Positions 24,195 to 36,800 of a stretch of 64,000 nucleotides of DNA are shown one piece after another. The stretch spans positions 11,720,001 to 11,784,000 of the forward strand of contig CM059433.1 of the NCBI GenBank assembly GCA_030390025.1. The letters are read 5' to 3'. This DNA is from Squalus acanthias (lineage: Eukaryota). Under the pieces are notes generated by a model. It saw nothing but the letters and a program-made list of their open reading frames with translations. It was not told where the DNA came from and made no database searches. Positions within the stretch are counted from its first letter, which is position 1. Each line of letters opens with the position of its first letter. The position numbers and the translations under genes are program-made.

Positions 24195-25099
24195 TTGGAA
24201 TTTTCCCGTCAAAAAGAAATGGGTGGGTTTGGAGCCTGGGGGGCAGTTAAATTGTTAAAAGTGGGATTCCCGACCTGATCCCGCCTCCAACCCGCCCATT
24301 TCCGCTTTTTCCTGGAGGCGGGACGGGGGTGGGCGACCAATCCGTTCCCAAGGGGCGTTACCGTAACTTAAATATTGTAATGAGGCTGGAAGCCTCTTTT
24401 TCCCCCGTTCATTTTATGTTTAATTGCCTGGGGACGGGTTTCACACAATTCGTGAAACCCGGCAGTTAAACTGAGGCGGGGACCGGTGGATCCAGGACGT
24501 AAGTGGCTTTATACCCACCTCCTGGATCCAGGGTGCCGACAATACCCACCCCCGTGACCAGAGGCCCCCCACCCCCCGGGCCTCTGATCGCCTTCCCAGG
24601 CCTCCCCCCCACCCAACAATGATGATGAGGCCGGCCACGATTCTCCGGTGGCCGGTCCCGATCCTCCTGCCCCCCCGATCCCTGACCGACCTCCCCTCTG
24701 CGATCCCCAATCCCCGCCCCCCGCAATCCCCGATTTCTCCCCCCCCCCACAATCCCCGCTTGCCTGCCGATCTCTGACCCCCGACCATCCCCCCATCACC
24801 TGCCGATCCTGCAACCCCACCTGCTGATTGCCGCACCCCACACCCAACCCACCCAACCACACCCCCCGCGATCCCACCCCCAGACCAACCCCTCGCAACT
24901 GTGGCCTACCCGCCCACACCAGCTGGCCAGCCTCTCAAGCTGGCTGGCTGCGGGCGGGAAATCAAGGCCTCAAATTCTAATCAGGCCCTGCCGTTAAAGT
25001 CGGCCGGGCCTGCAGTAAGCCCAGCCTCCCGGGTTTCCCGCCCTCCTCGGACCCCCACCACCCACCCCCCAACCCACCTCCCCGAAGAAAATTCCAGCC
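24195..25099. mobile_element. GC-rich MITE family D with C-rich interior
   Basis: Termini tggaatttt / aaaattcca; homologous to 30300-31085. Confidence 0.65.
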
Positions 25100-25109
25100 A
25101 GAACGTTTA

Positions 25110-25465
25110 CACTGGAAAAAAGGCGGCTCAAGGGAAATCTTATTGAGGCATTCAAAACTCCAAGGGGTATAGATACAGTAAACCCCAATAAGATGTTTGA
25201 CATAATCACAAATTCTACAAGGGGACACAAACTCAAGGGCAGAAAAGGGAAGGTAAACAGATAGTTTAGATTCAACTGCTTTGCACAGAGGGTAGTGAAT
25301 ATGTGGGAGCAACCATCCAGGAAGACATTGGAGGCAAAAAGAGTCAGAAATTTCATGAGGGGAGATTCGGGGGTAGGAGATATACAGTCGTGTATGCACT
25401 ATCGCACTTTAGAATCGGCAGATGAATCATAATGGCCTCTTCAGGTCCTGTATATTCCAATATTA
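25110..25465 (+). mobile_element. Highly diverged CR1 3' fragment
   Basis: Residual RRLKGNLIEAFK..TRGHKL..QRVVNMW motifs. Confidence 0.55.
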
Positions 25466-26227
25466 ATACATATTTTTTATATAATAATTGGAAACCTGAT
25501 CTGTTCGTTGTATAGTTGTGTCAAAACAGTTTGGCGGTGAAGGAGCCAGATTATGGTTTCTACTCTCCTGGGACCATGTACCGTCATACATCTTCTGGAG
25601 GTGAGGGGAGAAAAGAGATTTTTTTTTAAGTTGTGTATGATCCTTCAGCAGCTCCTTCAATATTGAAAATGTTTTATATCAATCAAGTCAGTGTCGTGCA
25701 CCGGGCATGTTACACAGAAACTGTCACTTTTTATGCCTTCTTTTCATCTTCAACGTCGCAAAAACCATACAATTTTCTGTCACCCCTAAAGCTGTGGGAC
25801 TGCAGCTAAAGGAGTCATTCTGAAGAAGTTTCTTGATTCACCAATTCTTGTGCTGGTTTCCTCATCTCTGTTTGCTGGGCGTTATCCTGCTTTTCAAATT
25901 TTCCTTTCATTGCTTGTGCCTTCAGAGTATGGAGTTTCCAAAGGACCATTCCAAATCCTCAACTTCGAAAAAAAATCTCGGCGTTTCTCCCCTGCTTTCC
26001 AAAAGATATAAGCAGCTTGGGATGTCTTACTATGTTCAAGGCGCTATATAAATGCAATTTGTTGTTGTTGTGGTTATTTAATTTAAGAAAAACCAAGATT
26101 TGGACCTTCTCATCTATAAAACTACAAACAGTAAAAGCCAATAATTCTTTTCTCATCTTGTTGTACAGCAGTTTACTGGGCAGCTTGTACTTTACCATTG
26201 TAGAAACCCAACCAGAGTTTCTCTTTT

Positions 26228-26600
26228 AGAACATAAGAACATAAGAAATAAGAGCAGGAGTCGGCCATTCGGCCCCTCGAGCCTGCTCTGCCATTCAATA
26301 AGATCACGGCTGATCATCAACCTCAACTCCACTTTCCCGCCCGATCTCCATATCCCTTGATTCCCTAGAGTCCAAAAATCTATCGATCTCAGCCTTGAAT
26401 CTACTCAAAGACTCAGCATTCACAGCCCTCTGGGGCAGAGAATTCCAAAGATTCACAACCCTCTGAGTGAAGAAATTCCTCCTCATCTCAGTCTTAAATG
26501 GCCGACCCCTTATTCTGAGACTATGCCCCCTAGTTCTAGACACTCCAGCCAGGGAAAACAACCTCTCAGCATCTACCCTGTCAATCCCCTTCAGAATCTT
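26228..26600 (-). mobile_element. CR1 3' fragment
   Basis: RTRGHSLRIRGRPFKTEMRRNFFTQRVVNLWNSLP; 3' stem and (TTCTTATG)n tail. Confidence 0.9.
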
Positions 26601-26602
26601 TC

Positions 26603-27297
26603 GGGGGGAAAAATTGAGTCGCGCCCCCTTTGGGGCGCTAACTTCGCCAGGGGCGCCCCGAAAAAATTAGCAACCCCGCGGCCGAAATTGAATGGTAGCA
26701 CCCTAAGAGGGAAGCGGGGCACTACTGGAAGTGCCCCACCTCCCTCTTGGGGCGCTGCGAGGGAATATCGTGGCGCTACGTGCCGCGGTACTGCAGGCCT
26801 TCCTCCCCTTCTTAAAGGGGAGGGGCCTGGCGCAGCGCGTCCCGGCGCCCAGCTGGGCCACCCAGGGATCGGGAGTGCCGGCAAACGAGCCCGACACTCA
26901 AGAGGAGTGCCGGGCTCACGGAGAGCAGCCGGCACCCCGTGGGGGAGCTTCACGGGGGCCGGTGACGGCAACAGGGGGCAGGTGCTGGTAGGTGGCCAGC
27001 AACAAAAATGGCCGCCCGCCACCTCCCCTTTAAGTAGCGCCGCCCCGGACGTAGGTAGGCCCCCCTGACCCCGTCGGACATAGCGTCCGGCGGTAAGTCG
27101 TGGCCGCCACCAAAGATCATGGCTGGTGCGCGAGCGGGGCGCTGCGCACACCGATGACATCATCGCCGGCGGTGCAGCGCCGTGGGGCGCTAACTTTTAC
27201 CACCGCCGCTAGCCTCCCGGACGCTAGTTGCTTTGCGCCCCATTAGCGCCCTCTTAGGGTGCTAACAGGAGGCGCAAAGCAACCGAATTTTTCCCCC
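26603..27297. mobile_element. Harbinger-type MITE family A (reverse orientation)
   Basis: Termini GGGGGGAAAAATT / AATTTTTCCCCC followed by tta; reverse complement of the family A body. Confidence 0.8.
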
Positions 27298-28410
27298 TTA
27301 ATCTTTAATCCAAGTAAAATTTAACTCAACTTTAAGAACAGGTTCCCCGGGTCCTTTAATTGAGCTACAAAAAAATTAGTGTTGTGAAATCAGTTTCATC
27401 TTTGTTTTTGTCTTCATGCTATTAAACAATACCAGATAATGATCTGTTGGTACAATTCCCCAAAGTGGCAGCAAGTGACAGCTTTTGTTATGGACTATTT
27501 AAGCATGGCAAACTTATGCATAATTATCAACTACCATTGCTTCGACAGTTTAAAAAAATACTTTGCTGTCAGACATTATTCCCAAGCCACCCAGAGATCT
27601 CTCATGTGGTTTGTTTCGATCTCTTGATGCTTCTCTGCAGTGAACGCTCAGGCTGCTTCTCTGCACTGATTGCTTGCACTTGAGCTGCTGAAACCAGCCC
27701 GCCCTCATTAACAACGATACTATGATGTGGATGTGTGATTTTGTGTTATTATTACCTAATTTTCTTATAATAATTTTTTGAAAAGCAGAACCAAAAAAAT
27801 TATATTTAATAAGAAAACATCTGTTGCAATAGTTTGTAAAGTGGAAATGCATTAGCATGTTATAAGGGATCACAAGGAGAAATAAAGGATGAGTCAGGTG
27901 GTGAGGACTTTATTTTTCCAAAAATGGATAACATCGAGATTGCAATAGAGCCCGAGAACTCAATTATTGTTTCAGATTTGGGATCTTTGGCTGTACTTTG
28001 GAACCTGTATAGATTTTATTTTTTTGTTTTTATAACCAGGCATGATAGTATATGACTGCGCTGATACTGCCAGTTCTCCTAGTTCATGAGCAGATGTTTG
28101 CTGCATGCTGTGTATTATTGTTTTGTTTTCCACGTTCTTCCTGTTTTTGTCTTACTTGTTTCCATATACACACAAACACATACTGACATCAGTTAAAGTA
28201 TCATGGGAATAATGAAAATATTAACAGATCTTGATCCCTGGTGATAACATAAAGTACAGTTCCTTTATTATTCCCTTCTCTTGCCTCCAACTTTCACACC
28301 TCTTCCAGCTGGTGCTGTCTGGGCTAGACATCACCATGCTTTTTATAAATGCTGCCTTGAAGCCAATCAGCCAACAGGAGTTTTCTTTCCACTCTCTCGC
28401 TATCTCTTGC

Positions 28411-28868
28411 TCGTCAGCCGTGGCTCAATGGGTAGCACGCTCGCCTCTGAGCCAGAAGGTTGTGTGGTTCGAAGTCCCACTCCAGGGACTTGAGCACAAA
28501 ACTCTCGGCCGACACTCCCAGTGCAGTACTGAGGGAGAGCTGCACTGTCAGAGGGGCCGTCTTTCGGATGAGACGTTAAACCGAGGGCCCGTCTGCCCTC
28601 TCAGGTGGACGTAAAAGATCCCCATGGCCACTATTCCGGTTTCGGTGTCCTGGCCAATATTTATCCCTCAATCAACATCACTAAAACAGATTATCTGGTC
28701 ATTATCACATTGCTGTTTGTGGGAGCTTGCTGTGCGCAAATTGGCTGCCGCATTTCCCACAATATAACAGTGGCTACACTTCAAAAAGTACTTCATTGGC
28801 TGTAAAGCGCTTTGAGACGTCCGGTGGTTGTGAAAGGTGCTCTATAAATGCAAGTCTTTCTTTCTTTT
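28411..28868 (+). mobile_element. Full-length tRNA-headed Deu-domain SINE
   Basis: A box tggctcaatgg, B box ggttcgaagtcc, Deu core and L2-like tail. Confidence 0.85.
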
Positions 28869-29207
28869 CTTCCTGTTCTCTATTTCTGTCTGTCTGACCT
28901 TCTCTCTCAAAAGTTTATCTTTCAATTTGGCTAGCTCTCTTTTGCGTGCTTTTATTCTGCTTTCCTCTCTCTGGTGCTTCAGCGAATAGTCAAAGAGACC
29001 AAGGCCTGCTACGGTCTACATTGCCAGCGAAGTACCTTGTTTAGAAGGAACTATTTTAAAATAGCTGTCAATCATGGAGAACATATCTGGGCAAAATGTT
29101 GCCGTGATATGGAAACATGGGCTTGCGTATCCCAGCGGCGCAGTTAATTCGTGCGAGCTGTGGGATCACGTGACTCAGTTAGAGCCAATGGCAGCACACC
29201 ATCTTCC

Positions 29208-29246
29208 ATTCATAAGTCTCACAGCATAGCTGTGAGACTTATGAAT
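29208..29246. repeat. Perfect 18-bp inverted repeat with 3-nt loop
   Basis: ATTCATAAGTCTCACAGC-ata-GCTGTGAGACTTATGAAT. Confidence 0.9.
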
Positions 29247-29618
29247 CTTACACCCCCCCAAAATAACAGCTAAACCTCAATTAAATTTAAAAAAAAAACC
29301 ATCACATTAATAAAATAAGTATAGTTAATTAAATTAACCATTTTAAATAAAAAATAAAATTTTTGAAAAAATTTAAAATCTTTTAAAAAGTTATAAAAAT
29401 AAACTTACCTGTCTTTAAAGTCTATAAAAAAGATATACCTGTAAAAAAAAATTCAAAAAAATACTTAATTCACTACTTACCTTCTTAAAAGCGGGTCTTA
29501 CTCCTCCTTTTTACATTTCCAAAATCTTCAGTACTTACCTGCGCATCCAAAGCATGAAGTGCACAGCGTGCGCGCAGCCTGTAGCGCGCACGCGATGCAC
29601 TCAAGCCACGCCCCCTTT

Positions 29619-29900
29619 AAGAAAGAAGAAAGAAAACACTGGTATTTACACAGCACCTTATCATATCTTCAAGACATCCCAAAGCTCGCCACATACAATG
29701 AACTACTTTGGCATGCAGTCACTGTTGTGTAAGCAAGTACAGCAGCTATTTTGCACACGTCAAGGTCCCACAAACAGCAATAAAATGAATGAACATCCAA
29801 TCATTTTTTGGTGGTGTTGGTTGAGGGAAGAATGTTAGCTGGGACACTGGGAGGAACTCCCTGCTTTTCTTCAAATAGTGCCATGAAATCTTTAAATGCC
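29619..29900 (-). mobile_element. Older diverged DeuSINE 3' half
   Basis: Similar to 22749-23030. Confidence 0.65.
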
Positions 29901-30299
29901 CATCCTTATCAACAGAGAGGTTTAGGTTTAATTATTACTTGTTCAGAATTAAAATGTTGGCACTTACTTTAATTTTAATGTTCAATGGTATGCTCATTGA
30001 GGTGAGGGATATTAATGCTAGGGAATGGAGAACTTTTTCCATTTAGGGCATCTACTGTCGGCATCAGGTATAGGGCAGCAGCTGCAGAAGAAAGCTCACG
30101 TTAATCTGACCTGACAATACGCTTTAGAACTGACTTGAGAAGAGCACCCACTGCTGAATCAGTGCGACATTTCCCACACCAACTAATCATGTGATCTCTC
30201 AGAGTGAGACTGACTGTTTGGTATCAATCAGTGTCACATTAGATGCAGTTTTGGTGTGGTGGACTGGGTTGAAACTACTCTAAAGCCTATTTCACATAG

Positions 30300-31085
30300 T
30301 GGGGGGGAATCTTAACCCAAAAAAACAGGTGGGTTGGGGTCGGGTGGGAAGTTAAAGTGTTAAAAATCTGAATCCCGACCAGAACCCGCCTCTAACCCGC
30401 CCACTTCCGGTTTTAACGGAGGCAGGATGGGGGGTGGGCAGCCAACCCGCTCCCAGGAGGTGTGTCACCCATTTAAATATTATAATGAGGCTGGCATGCC
30501 TCAGATTTAACCACCATTTTAAATTTAACGGTGGCTGGTCGAGTTTTGCAGGCCTCGTGAAAACCGCCAGCTAACGGAAGGCGAGGACTTCTGGATCCAG
30601 GAGGTGAGTGCCTTTACACTTAACTCCTGGATCCAGCGTCACTGCCTAACCCACCCCCCCCCCGCGATTGGAGATCCCCAATGCTCCTCTGCCCCCACCA
30701 CCCCCGCTCCACTGATGATGCTCCTGGATATCCGGTGAGCTCCCGGAGTCCCCCCTTGCTCCTCCAGCCATCCATCCGATGAGCTCCCCCCACTCCGTGC
30801 TACTCCACCTCCCCCCACCTCCGCCAACCACCCCCTGGCCCCCACGCGATCCCTCCCTTCTCCCCTCCCTCCTCTCTGCGGTCTAGTGCCGCATGCCTAC
30901 CCACCCGCAGCCAGCCAGCCTTTCAAGCTGGCTGGCTGCGGGTGAGAAACTGAGGTATCCAATGCAAATCAGGCCCTACCATTAAATTCGGCAGGACCTG
31001 CGGGAAACCCGTTCTCCTGGGTTTCCCGACTGCTTCCGAGCACCCACCAACAACCCCCCCTCCAACACCACTGCCAACCCACCAA
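30300..31085. mobile_element. GC-rich MITE family D, truncated by a SINE
   Basis: Homologous to 24195-25099. Confidence 0.65.
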
Positions 31086-31086
31086 A

Positions 31087-31553
31087 GTGTTAACCGTGGC
31101 TCAGTGGGTAGCACACTCACCTCTGAGTCAGAAGGTTGTGTGTTCAAGTCCCACTCCAGGGACTTGAGCACATAAAGCTCAGCTGGCAACCCAGTGCAGT
31201 GCTGAGGGAGCGCTGCACTGTCGGAGGTGCCGTCTTTTGGATGAGACGTTAAACCGAGGCCCCCTCTGCTCTCTCCGGTGGACGTAAAAGATCCCACGGC
31301 CACTATTTCGAAGAAGAGCAAGGGGAGTTATCTCCGGTGTCCTGGGGCCAATATTTATCCCTCAACCAACATAACAAAAAACAGATTATCTGGTCATTAT
31401 CACATTGCTGTTTGTGGGAGCTTGCTGTGCACAAATTGGCTGCTGCGTTTCCCACATTACAACAGTGACTCCACTTCAAAAAGTACTTCATTGGCTGTAA
31501 AGCGCTTTGAGACGTGGAAGTCACTATATAAACGCAAGTCTTTCTTTTTCTTT
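31087..31553 (+). mobile_element. Full-length tRNA-headed Deu-domain SINE
   Basis: A and B boxes, Deu core and tail. Confidence 0.85.
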
Positions 31554-32774
31554 AAAGTATTAAAATTCAGGCCAGTATCTTTACAGCCAATAGTAGATGA
31601 GATTTTTTATTCTGGGTGAATTTAAACCCAAATCTCAGAAGTGAAAGTGAACCAATGAGTTGTATCAACTCGTCTCTCGAATCCTGTTACATTTGTATAG
31701 TTAGTGGGAAGCAGGGATGAGGCCATGTGTGAAATTGCATGGTGGCAGAGAGTTAATATCATTGTAAGTGTTTCCACAAAGTATGTGACCAACCTGTATA
31801 TAGTTATTGAATTAAACACTGTAGAAGTTTACTCCAAAGTCAATTCATTGCCTTGTAAAAAAAGAAATGACCACTGCCATATTCTTGAGTAGATCAATTC
31901 TCTCCTAAGAGACTCTACGCACTTGATTATTCTACACAAGTCTGATCTAATCATTTATTAAGGTGGAAAGAAAGGTATAATGTTTAAACTGTGACATATT
32001 TCCTTGCTGTTGTTGATTGATGATATGACTTTTTAGCATTGATTGTGAAATATTGGCTAACTGCAGCATCAATTATGTTTAGTGGGAAGCAATGGCAATT
32101 ATGAAATGCCATGGCATATCCATCATTCGGTAGTTTCTGCGTTTGATTTTTCTTTTTGCTTGCAGAATAACCTGGTAAAATTGAAGTAACTGGACGGATT
32201 CCCAGTAAAAGAAATAATACGATAACTTACTAAAAGTTAAGAACCTTACAATGAAATGTGTTTGTATAATGACTGAATATGTGCTTTTCTAATATCTGTT
32301 ATATCGCCATATTTATCAAAGTGCATTTCGTCAAGTGTCAATGGCAAATTAGACATTTTTATTTGACCGATTTCTTGTTTGAATTCAAGTAACATGTCCT
32401 GTGATTCAAGGCTTTTTTGTTTTTGTTATATTAGGGGTGGCTTAGTAACTAGGACCAGCTGGAAGCAACTGTCATGAGGATATGCTAACTCTGATGAAAA
32501 CCAGAAATAGAGCAGGTCCAAATATAGTTCCCTGATTAACTCCTGTGTAAGTTGTGTTCTACAAATTTGAACCTGCTGAACCTGGGAGCACAGCAAAAGT
32601 AAAGGAATAGTGCTGGTAATTAAGAGATTTCTCCTAACCTCATGTATGCGCCAACAACCCTGGTGCAGTAACTGATGGCTTACTCTGTACTTGAAGCTCT
32701 ACTCAGATGAAGTCTGGCAGAGCTATGAGAAAAAGTGAGTGAATCTCACAGTTAGTACTAATGCCGACTTTTTG

Positions 32775-33120
32775 ATTGTGCACAATCTCAATGTCCTGTT
32801 TGATCTTGAGCTGAACTTCGAGCCACATGTCCAATCCATCACCAAGCCTGCCTATTTCCAACTCCCCAATGTCACCCGTCTCTGCCCTTACCTCACCCCC
32901 ATCCCCGCCGAAATCCTCATCAACTCCTTCATCACCTCCAGGGTCAACTTCTTCAATGCTCTTCTCACCAGCTTCCCGAGTTCCATCCTGCATAAGCTCC
33001 AATTTATCCAAAGCTCTTCAGCCATCTTGGCCCCACACTTCTAGAACTCGCTCCCTCTGCCTCACTACTTCTCACCATTTCAAAGCTTCCTGAAAACCTA
33101 ACTTTTGACCAGTTACCTCC
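32775..33120 (+). mobile_element. Old L2 LINE fragment
   Basis: LNVLFDLELNFEPHVQSITKPAYFQL...AEILINSFITSRVNFFNALL. Confidence 0.75.
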
Positions 33121-33362
33121 CCCAAGTCCAGGAACAAGAGCCGCAGCTTGCCAAACAGGCCAATGATGCACAATCACTGAGCAGATGAAGTAGAACACTA
33201 AAGCTGCTGATAGTGACAGATAAAGCCCAAGCTTTTTGAGGATATCCATGCTTATATGAACTTTTCCGCCATCTTTGCCATGTTCTTACATAATATGGAT
33301 GTGATTACATCGGATTACATAGAATATACACCACAGAAAAGGGCCATTCGGCCCAACCAGTC

Positions 33363-33580
33363 TGACGTAAGAAAACTACTAGGCACTTGGTCTAAGCGTT
33401 AAACAAAGCTTTAATCAACTGTTTTACAACATGGAGATCTAGTTATGTCCTTCACTATTTCCTGTTAAGAATGTCCTGCGCAAGCTGGGCCCATGCCCGA
33501 GTATTTATACTCTCCCTGGACGGCGCCACCCGCAGGCCACTCAGTATTATTTCATAAGTCTTTATGACAGATTCATGTCA
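33363..33580 (-). mobile_element. Solo LTR (218 bp)
   Basis: TGAC...GTCA termini; 5-bp duplication CAGTC (33358-33362 and 33581-33585); minus-strand TATAAATA near 33505 and ATTAAA near 33412. Confidence 0.8.
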
Positions 33581-33884
33581 CAGTCCGTGCCGCTGTTTAT
33601 GCTCCACTCGAGCCTCCTCCTATCATCCTTCCTCATCTAACTCTATTAGCATAACCCTCTATTCCTTTCTCCCTCATGTGCTTATCTAGCTTCCCCTTAA
33701 ATGCATCGATACTATTCACCTCAACTACTCCCTGTGGTAGCAAGTTCCACATTCTCACCACTCTCTGGGTAAATAAGTTCCTTCTGAATTCCCTATTTAA
33801 TTTCTTGGTGACTATCTTATATTGATGGCCTCTAGTTTTGCTCTTCCCCACAAATAGAAACACTCTTTCTGTGTCTACTCTAAT

Positions 33885-36800
33885 TTTTAAGGGCTTTAAA
33901 CTAATTAGTGGGGGGGAGGTTTCAAGAGAGCAAAAAATAAAAATGACAACAGAGAGGGTCATAGACATAGGTAGCAGTAGGGGAATCACAAATCAGAGCG
34001 TGGCAGGAAGGGACAGAGTGTGTGGAGTAAAAGGTAAACTGGTAAAAAGTGAAAAAGCAGGAACTAAGTGCCACAAAGCATATTTGAAAGTTCTCTATCT
34101 GAATGCACGTAGCATTCGTAACAAAATAGACGAGTTAATGGCACAAATAACTACATATGGTTATGATATTGTGGCCATTACAGAAACATGGCTGCAGGGT
34201 GACAATGCCTGGGAATTAAACATACCAGGTTATTTAACGATCAGGAAGGACAGGCAGGAAGGAAGGGGAGGTGGGGTGGCTATGTTAATAAAGGAAGGAA
34301 TCACTGTAATACAGAGTAATGATATTGGGTCAAAAAATCATGATAATGAAACAGTTTGGGTGGAGATAAGGAATAATAAGGGGAAAAAAACATTAGTGGG
34401 CGTAGTCTATAGGCCTCCGAACAGTTGCAACTCTATTGGACGGAGTATCAATCAGGAAATAGTTGAGGCATGTAATAAGGGAACATCTATAATTATGGGG
34501 GATTTTAACTATCATATTAATTGGACAAATCAAATGGGGCAGGGCTGCCTTGAGGATGAGTTCATTGAGTGTATTAGGGATGGGTTTCTTGAGCAGTATG
34601 TAACTGAACCGACCAGGGGGCAAGCAACCTTAGATCTGGTCCTGTGTAACGAGACAGGATTAATTAAAAATGTCCTAGTAAAGGATCCCCTTGGAATGAG
34701 TGACCATAACATGGTTGAATTCCATATTCAATTAGAGGGTGAGAAGGTTGGATCTCAAACAAGCGTGCTAAGCTTGAATAAAGGAGACTATGAAGGTATG
34801 CGAGCGGAATTGAGTAGAGTGGATTGGGAAAATAGATTAAAGGGTAAGACGACACATGATCAGTGGTGTACATTCAAGGAGTTATTTTACAACTTCCAAA
34901 AAAAATATATTCCACTGAAAAGAAAAGGGTGTAAAAGAAAGGACAGTCATCCGTGGCTAAGTAAAGAAATTAAGGATAGTATTCGACTAAAAACAAGGGC
35001 ATATAAGGTAGCGAAATCTAGTGGGAGGACAGAGGATTGGGAAAACTTTAAAAGGCAGCAAAAAATAACAAAAAGATTGATTAAGAAAGGGAAGATAGAT
35101 TATGAAAGTAAATTAGCAAAAAATATAAAAACAGATAGTAAAGAGTTTTTATAGTTATATAAAAAGAAAAAGGGTGGCTAAAGTAAATGTTGGTCCCTTA
35201 GAGGATGAGACCGGGAAATTAATGGTGGGAAATATGGAGATGGCAAAAACACTGAATGAATATTTTGTATCAGTCTTTACAGTAGAGGACACTAAGAATA
35301 TCCCAACACTGGACAAACAGGGGGCTATAGGGGGAGAGGAGCTAAACACGATCAAAATCACTAAGGAAGTGGTACTCGGTAAAATAATGGGACTCAAGGC
35401 GGATAAATCACCTGGACCTGATGGCTTACATCCTAGAGTCTTGAAGGAAGTGGCGGTAGGGATTGTAGATGCATTGGTAATAATTTTTCAAAACTCCCTG
35501 GATTCCGCTAAGGTCCCGGCAGACTGGAAAACTGCTAATGTAACACCCTTATTTAAAAAGGGCAGTAGACAGAAGGCTGGTAACTATAGACCGGTTAGCC
35601 TAACATCTGTGGTAGGTAAAATTTTGGAGTCCATTATTAAGGAAACAGTAACAAGACATTTGGATAATCATAATTTAATAGGACAAAGTCAGCATGGTTT
35701 TACGAAGGGGAAGTCATGTTTGACAAATTTGCTGGAGTTCTTTGAGGAAGTAACATATAGAGTGGATAAAGGGGAACCAGTGGACGTAGTGTATTTAGAC
35801 TTCCAAAAGGCATTTGACAAGGTGCCACACAAAAGATTATTGCTTAAGGTAAAAAATCACGGGATTGGGGGTAATATTCTGGCATGGATAGAGGATTGGC
35901 TATCTAACAGAAAGCAAAGAGTTGGGATAAATGGTTCATTCTCAGACTGGCAATCAGTAACTAGTGGTGTTCCACAGGGGTCAGTGCTGGGTCCCCAACT
36001 CTTCACAATCTATATTAACGATTTGGAGGAAGGGACCAAGTGTAACATATCAAAATTTGCAGATGATACAAAGATGGGAGGGAAAGTAGTGAGTGAGGAG
36101 GACATAAAAAACCTGCAAGGGGACATAGACAGGCTAAGTAAGTGGGCAGAGATTTGGCAGATGGAATACAGCACTGGAAAGTGTGAGGTGATGCACTTTG
36201 GCAGGAAAAATCCTAGAGCAATTTATTATCTTAATGGCAAGAAACTGGAGAGTACTGAAGTGCAAAGGGATCTGGGGGTCCTGGTGCACGAAACTCAAAA
36301 GGTTAGTATGCAGGTGCAGCAAGTGATTAAGAAGGCAAATGGAATGTTGGCTTTCATTGCTAGGGGGATAGAATATAAAAATAGGGAGGTATTGCTTCAG
36401 TTGTACAAGGTATTGGTGAGACCGCACCTGGAATACTGCATACAGTTTTGGTGTCCTTACTTAAGGAAAGACATCCTTGCTCTCGAGGCAGTGCAAAAAA
36501 GGTTCACTCGGTTAATCCCGGAGATGAGGGGGTGGTCATATGAGGAGAGGTTGGGTAGATTGGGACTCTACTCATTGGAGTTCAGAAGAATGAGAGGCGA
36601 TCTTATTGAAACATATAAGATTGTGAAGGGGTTGGATCGGGTGGATGCGGGGAGGATGTTCCCGATGACGGGTGAGACGAGAACTAGGGGACATAGTCTT
36701 AGAATAAGGGGCTGCTCTTTCAAAACTGAGATGAGGAGGAACTACTTCACTCAGAGGGTGGTAGGTCCATGGAATATGCTGCCACAAAAAGCTGTAGAAG

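Noticed and set aside
28411..28490. tRNA gene
   Set aside because: tRNA-derived head of a SINE, continuous with the Deu body and tail (likewise at 31087 and 60360).
28898..29006. Minus-strand coiled-coil-like frame (GLGLFDYSLKHQREE...)
   Set aside because: Weak acceptor, no ATG, and purine-rich composition can explain it; not supportable.
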